From: Myxococcales bacterium
GTDB lineage: Bacteria; Myxococcota_A; Bradymonadia; Bradymonadales; Bradymonadaceae
Length of the DNA stretch: 54,767 nt
Reading direction: 5' to 3'
Assembly (NCBI GenBank): GCA_007119175.1
Contig: SKQC01000102.1
Location: 1 to 54,767, forward strand
Every line of letters starts with the position of its first letter. The stretch's first letter is position 1. Shown piece after piece: positions 30,102 to 39,699 of the stretch. Under the pieces are notes generated by a model. It made no database searches, was not told the DNA's origin, and worked only from the letters and a program-made list of their open reading frames with translations. A program made the translations under genes and the position numbers.

Positions 30102-31001
30102 TTATTTCTTCCACGGGATAATGCCTCCCACCAGCCATTTCAGGGCATCCACGAGGTGTTTTTCGTCGTGCCAATAGTCGGCAGGAGGCCCCTTGTACTT
30201 CATCGCCCGATCCAGACTGGAGCCTATATCACTTCCACAGGACATGCATAAAAAATCTCCGTCGCGCTCCCAGGCCGTATAGCGGGTCAGTACCACGGCG
30301 CATTCGCAACACACGATCTCGAGATTGCCGTATTTATCGATATATTCTCGCATGGTGGTCTTTCCACCGGATGACTCGACCGCTGCTTTATCGGCCCGTT
30401 CCGCTTCTCGGCGCCGGCGCACCCGGTCGGCCTTCGTCGGTGAATCGACCGCTTTTTCTTGTTGTCCTTGCTCCTCACCGCCCTCGCCGGCGACGCCAAA
30501 TGCCTCCGCCAGCGCATTGTCCTCACCGGCGAGGCCACCGGCCATCATCGCCCCCATGACGAACGCCTCGTCGCCGACATCGCCGCCACTTTCGACCGCC
30601 ACAGCCTGCTCGGCAAGCTGGCGGCGCATCTTGCTCAATTTGCAGCGCTCGAATCCGTCGACCCACAATCCGCGACATGCCGGACATCGATCCAGCTCCA
30701 GCCCTATTGCTTCCACGAGATACATCGGCTCGCCGTCGCGCGGACACGCCAATTCGCCGGCATGCCCACACTCGCCACAGATCTCGGCTTCCTCTAGCTT
30801 CTCTCCGCAATAGCGACAGACCTCGGGAGAGTCGGCGATCTTTTCAAGTCCAGCTTCTACGCTTTTGTCGTCTTCGATTCCCAGAAGTCCGTCGAGCTCC
30901 GTCGCGTCGAGCCACACCCCGCGGCAACCGGTACAGACATCGATCTCCACTCCCTTCGGATGGCTATGCTTCATATCTGCCTGACAAGCCGGACATTTCA
31001 T
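30102..31001 (-). CDS. Multi zinc-ribbon (zf-TFIIB-like) protein
   Basis: CPAC...EIDVCTGCRGVWLDATEL; CRYC/CGEC; CPRD...ELDRCPACRGLWVD; CCEC/CMSC; GGAG RBS. Confidence 0.8.
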   Translation of the reverse strand: MKCPACQADMKHSHPKGVEIDVCTGCRGVWLDATELDGLLGIEDDKSVEAGLEKIADSPEVCRYCGEKLEEAEICGECGHAGELACPRDGEPMYLVEAIGLELDRCPACRGLWVDGFERCKLSKMRRQLAEQAVAVESGGDVGDEAFVMGAMMAGGLAGEDNALAEAFGVAGEGGEEQGQQEKAVDSPTKADRVRRRREAERADKAAVESSGGKTTMREYIDKYGNLEIVCCECAVVLTRYTAWERDGDFLCMSCGSDIGSSLDRAMKYKGPPADYWHDEKHLVDALKWLVGGIIPWKK

Positions 31002-31061
31002 CGCTGCACTCCCGTCTCAACGCGAACCCACGATTATTATCGACAGTTTAGCACGGCAGCT

Positions 31062-32438
31062 TTAGTTTTCGCGACCAAGCCGCCGCAACATCTCATCGCA
31101 ACTGGCGAATTTATATTCGGGAATATCCCGGCGCTCGGCCTCCTCGGCTTCCATCTCAGCAAGCTTTTTGACCTCGTCGTAGTTGACGGCGTCGACGCCG
31201 CGAGCCTCGAGAAGCACTTGTAACTCGCCGACGATCTCTTCGACCGGTCGCGGCGACTTCGGCGCCACCGGAAACTCACCGTCGAGAAAGGCCATGATCT
31301 CGTCGCATCCCTGCACCGCATCGGCCCGGGCTTTACCGACGAGTCCGTCCGACGCCTTTCGCGCCCAGCCGACCACGAAGGTATCCCACATGGGCTCGCC
31401 CTTTTCTGGCTCGTGGACCATATAGCGGGGCCGGTCGGGATTGTCTTCCCAGGGCTCGGGTACGGTGGCGAAGGTATCGCTTCCATCGGGCGACAGTGGA
31501 AGCCCAAGCGACTGCTCGATGGCGTCGCCGATGGCAAATACCACGGTATCACAGGGGATGGTTTCGAATTCATCCAGATAATCCAATCCGACCCGATCCG
31601 AGTCCTCGGCCGGTTCGACAAGCCGGGTCTTTTCGCAGACCAGCCCCGTCACATTTCCGTGATCGTCGAGCTCGATGCGCACCGGACTTCGCAAAAAGCG
31701 CATCCGAAACGCCGTCTCGCTCTCCTTTTCCAGCGAATGATCGACGAATCGAAATAATGCTTTTTGCTCGGCCTCAACATCCTGGCCGATTGCCTCCATC
31801 GCCGGGCTCACCCGGTCAAATTCCGCTTCGAGAGCCTCCGTATCGAGAGCGCCGCTGACGAGCCGGTATTCTTTTCTGGTAAATTTTCGCTCCCCCGGCC
31901 CGCGCCGGGCCACGGCCGTCACCGAAGCCACCTGCTTTTCGCAGACCATCCAATGCACAATATCGAGGCAGACATTGCCCAATCCCACCACGGCGACTCG
32001 CCGGCCGACCGGGAATTCCCGCTCACTAAACGGTGGCAAATCGTTGTAGTGGTAGACCAGATCCTTGGCGTGGAAGACCGCATCAGCCTCCTCTCCGGGA
32101 AGCCCCAGCCATTTGGTTCCCTGAGCGCCGACGGCCACCACCGTGGCGTCGAATCCCAACGCCCGCACCTCGTCGAGGCTCACCTCACCGGCATCGCCGA
32201 CGGTGACATTTCCGAAATAGTCGACATTATCTCGGTCCAGAATTCGCTCAAAATAGCGCCGAAGTCCCGTCTTCATCCGATATTTCGTCGGATAGATCCC
32301 GAATTCTGCAAGGCCCCCGGGCTTGATGTCGCGATTTAGAATCACCACCTGGTGACCCGCCTCCGCGAGCACTTCCGTGGCGTAAAGACTGGCCTGTCCT
32401 GCGCCGATCACGGCGATATTTCGACTGGTTTCTGTCAT
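31062..32438 (-). CDS. Ferredoxin-NADP+ reductase, adrenodoxin reductase/FprA-like
   Basis: IAVIGAG, PGGLAEFGIYP, YFGNVTVG, VVGLGNVCLDI, ARRGP, FLRSPV, VGWARKASDGLVG. Confidence 0.85.
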   Translation of the reverse strand: MTETSRNIAVIGAGQASLYATEVLAEAGHQVVILNRDIKPGGLAEFGIYPTKYRMKTGLRRYFERILDRDNVDYFGNVTVGDAGEVSLDEVRALGFDATVVAVGAQGTKWLGLPGEEADAVFHAKDLVYHYNDLPPFSEREFPVGRRVAVVGLGNVCLDIVHWMVCEKQVASVTAVARRGPGERKFTRKEYRLVSGALDTEALEAEFDRVSPAMEAIGQDVEAEQKALFRFVDHSLEKESETAFRMRFLRSPVRIELDDHGNVTGLVCEKTRLVEPAEDSDRVGLDYLDEFETIPCDTVVFAIGDAIEQSLGLPLSPDGSDTFATVPEPWEDNPDRPRYMVHEPEKGEPMWDTFVVGWARKASDGLVGKARADAVQGCDEIMAFLDGEFPVAPKSPRPVEEIVGELQVLLEARGVDAVNYDEVKKLAEMEAEEAERRDIPEYKFASCDEMLRRLGREN

Positions 32439-32463
32439 ACCCTGCTCACTTTACTGCGTCGTA

Positions 32464-34266
32464 TTACTGACTTACGAGTGTTTCGTATCTTTCGACATCG
32501 TCGACGAGGGTTCCCGCAGCATCGATCCAAAACTCCGGATCGCCGAGGTCGGCGCCGAGATGCTTCCGGGCCACCTCTTCCGAGGTCATCCGACCCGTAT
32601 CCAGGAGGAGATCGTCGATCTTGGAGACGAATGCCTCGCCCTCCTGCATGGCCCGCGTATATACGGCCCGCGAAAAGAGATAGCCGAAGGTGTACGGAAA
32701 ATTATAAAATGGCAGACCTGCAAGAAAGAAATGCAGCTTCGAGGCCCAGAACAGCTCATCCACCGATGCCACGCCCTCACCATAGGCTTCTTCGAAGGCC
32801 TCTTTTGTCATCTCCCGGAGCAGATCCTCGTGAAGAGACTGCTCAGAGCGATGCGAGTGCATCTTTTTTTCCAACTCGTAGCGCGCCGGGATATTCATCA
32901 TAAACCCCACCGCTCGACTAAGCCTGTCGTCTAATAACGCCAGCTCCGTTTCGCCGCTCGCTTTTCGCAGCGCCGCCTGCTCGACGATGGCTTCCAAAAA
33001 TGTGCTCGCCGTCTCCGCAAGCCCCATCGGCACCCCCCGCTCGCTGTGGGGCAGCTCTTTCATGACCGCGGCGTGATAACCGTGACCCAATTCGTGAGCC
33101 AACGTCGTCACCCCGGTGTTAGTGCCGCCATAGGTCATAAAGATTCGGATCTCCTGTGATACGGGCAGCGACGTACAATATCCGCCCTGACGCTTGCCGG
33201 AGCGGTCCTCGGCCTCCACCCACTGATTGACCAGGGCATGGCGGCAGAAATCGGCAATTTTCGGCGAAAAACTCTCCGCCTGCTCGACGATAAATCGCTG
33301 CGCATCGGCATAGGAAATCTCTGTGTCATCGTCGCCGACGGGAGCCCTCAGATCGTACCAATCGAGGCGCTCCAACCCGAGCCATTTTGCCTTCGCCTGA
33401 AGATAGCGAACCAGCACGGGCCAAAATTCCGCCGATGCCTCGAACATGGCCTCCACCGTCTGGCGCTCCACGCGATTGACATTGAGGGCCTTCGTCAAGC
33501 AATCGCCGCCGCGGCGCTTATAAAATGTCTGCTCCGTGCCGCGAATCGCATTCAGTGCGGAGGCACAGATCGGCGCCACCTCGCCCCACGCCTTCTGCAG
33601 TCCATTATGGGCCGCCCGTCGAGTCTTTCGCTCGGAGCTATCCAGAAGATTTTTCGCCTGTCCCACCGAATAAGTCTTGACGCCGTCATCGGTCTCGACG
33701 CCGACCTCCAATCGGCCTGAGACTTCACTATAAAGCCGTCCCCAGGCGTGGAATCCATCGCGGTTCAGCTCGACGGCCAGCGCCTCCATCTCCGGTTTCA
33801 TCGACCTCGTCGCATCCCGCCGAAGCTCCTGGAGCCACAGGGTCATATCGCCGAAGCGCTCACTATCCAAAAAGGCCTGAAAGTCGTCGTCAGAGATGTC
33901 GCGAAATAAGCCGATCAATCCCACCCGTGCCTGGCGGATACCGGTAAGCGCATCGTCGAGACGCGAGGGCATTCGAAGCGCTGCCGGAATGTCGGTATGC
34001 GCCGAGGCCAGACCAAATCCGAATGACCGCGCCTCGGAGACCCTCATTTCCAACTCAAAAAAGCGGTCGAATAGCTCGCGCCAATCTCCCAATTCATCGC
34101 CCCCAACTTCTCGGGGCGCCTTTCGGTCCTCGATCGCGGCGTTCAGAGCTTCGATCTCATCTTCGAGGGCGTCGACCTCCTCGGAAAACGCCTCCGATTC
34201 AACACCTCCCTCAAAAATCGTCTCCAGATCCCAGCTCGGGTCCTCTGTCGGAAAAGCTGTGCTCAT
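32464..34266 (-). CDS. pepF: Oligoendopeptidase F (peptidase M3B)
   Basis: SWDLETIF, WYDLRAP, GKRQGGYC, TLAHELGHGYH (HExxH), AETAS, FYNFPYTFG; AGGAG RBS. Confidence 0.92.
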   Translation of the reverse strand: MSTAFPTEDPSWDLETIFEGGVESEAFSEEVDALEDEIEALNAAIEDRKAPREVGGDELGDWRELFDRFFELEMRVSEARSFGFGLASAHTDIPAALRMPSRLDDALTGIRQARVGLIGLFRDISDDDFQAFLDSERFGDMTLWLQELRRDATRSMKPEMEALAVELNRDGFHAWGRLYSEVSGRLEVGVETDDGVKTYSVGQAKNLLDSSERKTRRAAHNGLQKAWGEVAPICASALNAIRGTEQTFYKRRGGDCLTKALNVNRVERQTVEAMFEASAEFWPVLVRYLQAKAKWLGLERLDWYDLRAPVGDDDTEISYADAQRFIVEQAESFSPKIADFCRHALVNQWVEAEDRSGKRQGGYCTSLPVSQEIRIFMTYGGTNTGVTTLAHELGHGYHAAVMKELPHSERGVPMGLAETASTFLEAIVEQAALRKASGETELALLDDRLSRAVGFMMNIPARYELEKKMHSHRSEQSLHEDLLREMTKEAFEEAYGEGVASVDELFWASKLHFFLAGLPFYNFPYTFGYLFSRAVYTRAMQEGEAFVSKIDDLLLDTGRMTSEEVARKHLGADLGDPEFWIDAAGTLVDDVERYETLVSQ

Positions 34267-34473
34267 CGTCAATCTCCTAAGGCAACCAAATTTGGCGTAT
34301 CATCCAAATTGCGTCGGCAACGGTGCGCACCATAGTGATCACCGACTCCCGTTACAACGCCCGCACCAGCAGCCTGTGAATTTCCCCGACCCTGCCTTGG
34401 CCTGCCCTTTGCCGGGCCCTAGACGGAACGTGATTTAAATGAAACGCGGTATCGGCGTGATGATTGGGCCAAA

Positions 34474-34491
34474 GTTCGGTTCGAACCGAAC
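34474..34491. promoter_or_regulatory. Perfect 18 bp palindrome in the pepF/cls divergent spacer
   Basis: gttcggttcgaaccgaac equals its own reverse complement. Confidence 0.5.
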
Positions 34492-34643
34492 GCAGGCGTA
34501 GCATCGCTACTTCAAGCGAGGATCGGCCGAAAGATGGTTCAATCAGCCGGCGAGGCATATGTTTCAGTTAAATCGTCTTTCGTTTAATGTTGTCGATATG
34601 CTGCCATCGCGCCCTTTCCACTTTCCGGACGCCGGCCTCGTCG

Positions 34644-36119
34644 ATGTCGTTGAACGAATTTTTCACACTTTACGCGGCCATCGAGCCCTATTTTCCGATC
34701 GTCTTTACGGGCCTCGCCGTCACCGCCGCCGCATTGACCTCCGTTCACGTCATCTTGTCGCGCCGCGATCCGGGCTCATCGATTGCCTGGATCGCCCTGG
34801 TATGGCTGGCTCCTCTGGTCGGTGTGGTCGCCTATCTGATCTTTGGAATCAACCGAATCCGTCGCCGGGTAAAAAGCCTGCACATCTTCGAGGAGCATTA
34901 TTATAGCGAGCCCGCCGTCGAGCCCGTCACAACCGATCAGCTCGCCGAATTTCTCCAGGAGGACTGCCGCCATCTCGCCCAACTGCAGCCTCTTGTCGAC
35001 AACGTCGTCAATCGGGCCCTGTTGCCGGGCGCCCGTCTCACTCCCCTCTTCGACGGCGATCAGGCCTACCCGGCCATGCTGGAGGCCATCGCTGAAGCAC
35101 AGGAGACGATCAACCTCGTCAGCTATATCTTCGATAACGACGAGGCCGGCCGCGACTTCGTCGATGCCCTGGCAAAAGCCCGCAATCGAGGCGTCGAGGT
35201 CCGCGTTCTCATCGACGCCGCCGGATTGCGCTATACCTTTCCCTCTATTATGCGCCGGCTCAAGCGAGCTGACGTGCAGGCCTCGCGCTTTCTCCCATCG
35301 ATATTTCCGCCCCACATCATGACCATGAATCTGCGCAATCACCGCAAGATCATGGTCGTCGACGGCAAGCTGGGATTTACGGGAGGAATCAATATCCGCT
35401 CCCATCATCTGCTGGAGAGTCATCCCACATTTCCGGCCCGCGATCTGCATTTTAAAGTCGAGGGGCCCGTTGTCGCCCACCTCCAGGAGGTATTCGCCGA
35501 CGACTGGCAATTTTCCACAGACGAAGAATTGCGAGGCGAGAAATTTTTTCCCCGTCTTCAAAAGGTGGGAAAGACCCTGGCGCGGGGAATTCCCGATGGC
35601 CCCGATGAAGATCTCGACAAATTGCGATGGACCATCAAGGGGGCGATTGCTTCGGCACGAGATCGCGTGCGGATTATGACGCCCTATTTTATCCCCGACC
35701 CGCCGATGGTCTCCCTATTGGCGGTGGCCGCCCTGCGCGGTATTCAGGTCGATATTATCTTGCCCGCCGTCAACAATCTGCCCATCGTCAACTGGGCCTC
35801 GAAGGCTCATCTTCGGCCGCTGCTCAACCGGGGATGCCGCATCTTTTATACCCCGCCCCCCTTCGATCACTCGAAGTTGATGGTCGTCGACGGGATGTGG
35901 TTTTTATGCGGCTCGGCAAATATTGATCCACGAAGCCTGCGACTGAATTTTGAGTTTAATCTTGAATGCTGGGACGAGGAGCTGGCCACCTCGCTCGACG
36001 ACTATCTCTCGACGCGAATCGACGAGGCATCGGAGTTGACCCTTGAGGAGTACGACAACCGCTCGCGCCTCTTAGAACTACGCGACGGGGCCGCCGCACT
36101 GCTCTCCCCTTATCTCTGA
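34644..36119 (+). CDS. cls: Cardiolipin synthase (phospholipase D family)
   Basis: Two N-terminal TMs; two HKD motifs HRKIMVVDG and HSKLMVVDG; TPYFIP; start placed at ATG 34644 (approximate). Confidence 0.92.
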   Translation: MSLNEFFTLYAAIEPYFPIVFTGLAVTAAALTSVHVILSRRDPGSSIAWIALVWLAPLVGVVAYLIFGINRIRRRVKSLHIFEEHYYSEPAVEPVTTDQLAEFLQEDCRHLAQLQPLVDNVVNRALLPGARLTPLFDGDQAYPAMLEAIAEAQETINLVSYIFDNDEAGRDFVDALAKARNRGVEVRVLIDAAGLRYTFPSIMRRLKRADVQASRFLPSIFPPHIMTMNLRNHRKIMVVDGKLGFTGGINIRSHHLLESHPTFPARDLHFKVEGPVVAHLQEVFADDWQFSTDEELRGEKFFPRLQKVGKTLARGIPDGPDEDLDKLRWTIKGAIASARDRVRIMTPYFIPDPPMVSLLAVAALRGIQVDIILPAVNNLPIVNWASKAHLRPLLNRGCRIFYTPPPFDHSKLMVVDGMWFLCGSANIDPRSLRLNFEFNLECWDEELATSLDDYLSTRIDEASELTLEEYDNRSRLLELRDGAAALLSPYL

Positions 36120-37258
36120 GATTTTGCCCGCCATAGCGTCTCGATTTTTTTCAATAATGCCGCCGACGCCACCTGCGATAACTCCTCGGCAGCCACCCAG
36201 CGCCACTGATCGTCGTGGCCGCCGCAGCGTCTGTGTTCAACAGCCAGATCATGGATCCGCATCTTTAGGCGGCGATGAGAAAAAATATGCTCCACCGTCC
36301 CCAGCGCCCGCTCAAGCTTTATCTGTGGCCCGTCGACCTCGATAGGCTCGCCTATCCGACGCTCCAACAGGCTGGCTTTCGGCCAGGTTTTACCCTCGCG
36401 CTCACAGGACGGAAACTCCCATAATCCGCCGAGCAATCCCCCCTCGGGGCGGCGGCGAAGCAAAAATTCCCGGCCGTCTTCACCTCGGCGATGGACCACA
36501 CAGCACCGCGCTCGCATCGGCTCTGGGGCCCGTCGCTTTTTAGGGGTGGGAAATTGCCCCGGATCGCCCATCGCCTCCCCCTTACACCACTGGCGCACCG
36601 GGCAGATCGTGCACTTCGGTGTGCCCGTGGTACACACCAGCGATCCGAGCTCCATCAATCCCTGATTGAAGTCGCCCGGCCTGTCCGGATCGACGACCTC
36701 GGCGGCCCGTTTCCAGATCGCCTCTTTCGCCGGAGCCCGCCTCGGATCGCCTTCGATGGCGTATAATCGGGAGATGACGCGCATGACGTTGCCATCGACC
36801 ACCGGCTCTCTCTTGCCGAAGGCGATGGAGGCAATAGCTCCAGCCGTATAGGGCCCGATTCCGGGGAGCTCTCTTAGTTGCGCCACCGTCGACGGTACCT
36901 CTGCGTTATATTCTTTGACGATCCGCTGTGCCGCTCGATGGACATACCTCGCGCGCCGGTAATAACCGAGTCCGGACCACAGCTCGAGGACCTCCTCCAC
37001 CGGCGCATCGGCCAGCTCTTCGACGTCGGGAAACCGGGCCATCCAGCGCTCGAAATAGTCGACCACCGTCGTCACCTGAGTTTGCTGCAGCATCATCTCC
37101 GAGACCCACACCGCGTATGGATCGTCGACGTGACGCCAGGGCAGATCGCGCTTATGGGCGTCGAACCACTCCAATAGCGAATGCCGCAGCTCGCTGTGCT
37201 GTGCCGAATCGCCTTCTTCCCCCTCCAATAATCGCTCATTTTGATTAGACGGGCTCAC
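36110..37258 (-). CDS. mutY: A/G-specific adenine DNA glycosylase
   Basis: RDLPWR, WVSEMMLQQTQV, WSGLGYYRRA, LPGIGPYTAGAI, VDGNVMRV, Fe-S motif C-x6-C-x2-C-x5-C, GLLGGLWEFP; start approximate. Confidence 0.95.
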   Translation of the reverse strand: MSPSNQNERLLEGEEGDSAQHSELRHSLLEWFDAHKRDLPWRHVDDPYAVWVSEMMLQQTQVTTVVDYFERWMARFPDVEELADAPVEEVLELWSGLGYYRRARYVHRAAQRIVKEYNAEVPSTVAQLRELPGIGPYTAGAIASIAFGKREPVVDGNVMRVISRLYAIEGDPRRAPAKEAIWKRAAEVVDPDRPGDFNQGLMELGSLVCTTGTPKCTICPVRQWCKGEAMGDPGQFPTPKKRRAPEPMRARCCVVHRRGEDGREFLLRRRPEGGLLGGLWEFPSCEREGKTWPKASLLERRIGEPIEVDGPQIKLERALGTVEHIFSHRRLKMRIHDLAVEHRRCGGHDDQWRWVAAEELSQVASAALLKKIETLWRAKSQR

Positions 37259-37556
37259 AGCTTTCTTCTTCGGTATTCCACGTCTCACCCTCGTCGCATC
37301 CCTCGCACCCGGGATCGCAGCGCAACACCGGACATCCCCGGTTGTCTTGTACCGACTCCAACCCGCAGCCGGGCATGCACTCCGGCTCTGAAGTCGCCGG
37401 ACAGGTTCGGCAGCGCTCCCGATTTTCATCGAAATATTGGTGGGAATCACAATCCTCCGGGCGATCGCGCACCTCACCACTTCCGCATCCCATCAGCAAG
37501 ACCAGTGACAGCACGAATAGGCCTCGTATCCACATCTGCAACTCCATTGTCATCAC
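37245..37556 (-). CDS. Small Cys-rich lipoprotein
   Basis: Signal peptide with LMGC lipobox; 10 further Cys; start could be a few codons later. Confidence 0.75.
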   Translation of the reverse strand: MMTMELQMWIRGLFVLSLVLLMGCGSGEVRDRPEDCDSHQYFDENRERCRTCPATSEPECMPGCGLESVQDNRGCPVLRCDPGCEGCDEGETWNTEEESCEPV

Positions 37557-37853
37557 CGCTTCGGGTCAGAGCTCAACTGTCCTCGTCATATCAATCCCGC
37601 TCCGCCGTGGCCAGCGCATTGCAGTGGCCGATTGCCCACCCAATCAATTGCAACTTGCGACTTTGGTATGTTACCGTGAGCGGGCCTACGGCGTTGATGT
37701 CTGCGCTTTCGTTGAATTCTAATTGCATGTCGGAGATTTACCGCCACTATGCGATCGAACGAACCAAGGTATGTTCGAGCCGGCCGATGCCGATATAGGC
37801 GCCGCAATCACTTGGACAGATCTGTTGTCAATCGTTAGTTCGCGCTGCTCGGG

Positions 37854-39668
37854 ATGAATATGACTTCAGGGACCCGGGTTGGGACGGTTATTGAAGAGAA
37901 ATACCGTCTCGACAAACAGATTGGTCACGGCTCAATGGGAGCCGTCTACCGGGGTACCCAGTTAATGGTCGACCGTTCCGTGGCCATCAAACTGCTGCAT
38001 CCCACCTTCGCCGGCCACGACAAAATCCAGGCCCGCTTCGAGGTCGAGGCAAAGGCGATCGCTCGCCTCAACCACCCCAACTGTATCACCCTTTTCGACT
38101 TCGGGTACTCCGAGGATATGGCCGCCTTTTATACGGTGGTCGAATTTATCGACGGCATCCCCCTGGGGGATTTGATCAACCAACACCCGCCGGTCAAACG
38201 GGTGGTGGAATTGATCCGCCAGATGGCCTCCGCGCTGGGCCATGCCCATCACCACGGGATTTTGCACCGCGATTTAAAACCCGAAAATATCATGCTCGCC
38301 ACCATGACCGATGGCCGCGAGATGGTCAAAGTGCTGGACTTCGGCATCGCTCAGATCATGAAGGGCACCGCCGAGGAAGGAGACGAAGAGCCTGGCGACT
38401 TTGAAAGCGACCGCATCACCCGGGTCGGTGAGGTCTTCGGTACACCGCCGTATATGAGCCCCGAGCAATGCGAGTCGGCCCGCGATCTGACTCCGGCCAC
38501 CGATCTGTATTCGCTGGGGATCATTTTTTATGAGTTGCTCGAGGGGCGACTGCCCTTTTTCGCCGACACTCCCGTAGAGATCATGCGGATGCACCTCAAC
38601 GAGGAGCCGCCGCCGATGACGCGCGCCGGAGTGCCGGAGGCTCTGGAATCGATCGTCTTGCAGATGCTCGCCAAAGATCCAGATATCCGCCCCGACAGCG
38701 GCGATCAGATCGTCAAGATGCTCGAGGAGATCCCGGAGGATGACCTCGCCGAAGACGGACAGGTCGCCAGAGCTCCCGGCGACGCCCGCGAAACAGATCC
38801 CACCCTGCTCTCGGCACCACCGCCGAGCGACACCATCATCGTCGACGACGGCGATGACGATCTGAGCGAGGCCAGTGAACCCGGCGAGGCCAGCGAGATC
38901 TACAAACTCGACGATCTCGTCGAAGAGCCGTTACAGACCGAAAAAGCCGCTCCCACAACGGGACAGGTAAAAACGCCGGATGCTCCCATTTCGGCGCATA
39001 AGAAAACCGACTCTCTGGAATTGGTCGGCCAGCAAAGCGACGTCTCCACCGCCGGAATTCTCGATACCGGGGCCCAGGAGGTCAAAGCACTGGCCTCGAA
39101 AATTGCATCAGAAGAAAAAAAGATGCTCTTCGGAGTCATCTTCGTGGTACTGCTCACCGGTGCCGCTATGGTCTGGATTATTCTCGAATACGAGCCGTTT
39201 TCGATGGCCGACGAAGAAGATCTTTCGACCATCGGTAGATATGCCGCCGGCCCACACGGCTCGCAGGGTGAGGACGACGGCGACGATGGCATCGATGATT
39301 TACACAACGGCTCACAGGAATTTGTCGGCTCCGACGATGACGACGATGAGTTCGGCGAGATTTTTGTCGATGACGAAGACGATGAATTTGTCGACGACGT
39401 CGAATTTGTCGAGGAAGACGAGGAAGACGAAGAACACGAGGACATCGAAGAGGGCGAGGACGCCGAAGAAGAAATTGTCGAGGAAACCCCGGAGCCCTCC
39501 CAGCCATCTCGCCGACCAACGCGAACAGCCCCTCAGCCGGAACCGGAACCCAGCGAGTCTCCACGCCAGCCGCCGCGCCTGGGCGTCGACGATCCGGCCC
39601 CCTCCGATGACGACGAGGAAGAGCCGGAAGAAGAAGAGCCGCGAGGCCCGCCTCGTCTGGGACTGTAA
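37854..39668 (+). CDS. Hanks-type membrane Ser/Thr protein kinase with highly acidic C-terminal tail
   Basis: GHGSMG, VAIK, HRDLKPEN, DFG, GTPPYMSPE, DLYSLG; TM helix followed by a D/E/P-rich tail. Confidence 0.93.
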   Translation: MNMTSGTRVGTVIEEKYRLDKQIGHGSMGAVYRGTQLMVDRSVAIKLLHPTFAGHDKIQARFEVEAKAIARLNHPNCITLFDFGYSEDMAAFYTVVEFIDGIPLGDLINQHPPVKRVVELIRQMASALGHAHHHGILHRDLKPENIMLATMTDGREMVKVLDFGIAQIMKGTAEEGDEEPGDFESDRITRVGEVFGTPPYMSPEQCESARDLTPATDLYSLGIIFYELLEGRLPFFADTPVEIMRMHLNEEPPPMTRAGVPEALESIVLQMLAKDPDIRPDSGDQIVKMLEEIPEDDLAEDGQVARAPGDARETDPTLLSAPPPSDTIIVDDGDDDLSEASEPGEASEIYKLDDLVEEPLQTEKAAPTTGQVKTPDAPISAHKKTDSLELVGQQSDVSTAGILDTGAQEVKALASKIASEEKKMLFGVIFVVLLTGAAMVWIILEYEPFSMADEEDLSTIGRYAAGPHGSQGEDDGDDGIDDLHNGSQEFVGSDDDDDEFGEIFVDDEDDEFVDDVEFVEEDEEDEEHEDIEEGEDAEEEIVEETPEPSQPSRRPTRTAPQPEPEPSESPRQPPRLGVDDPAPSDDDEEEPEEEEPRGPPRLGL

Positions 39669-39699
39669 TCAACACCACTTTCTAACGGAAGAGTTTATC

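Noticed and set aside
38980..39699. Basic Thr/Lys/Arg-rich N-terminal extension of the 536 aa ORF
   Set aside because: Alternate-frame reading of the kinase's acidic tail; a proper signal peptide starts at 39700.
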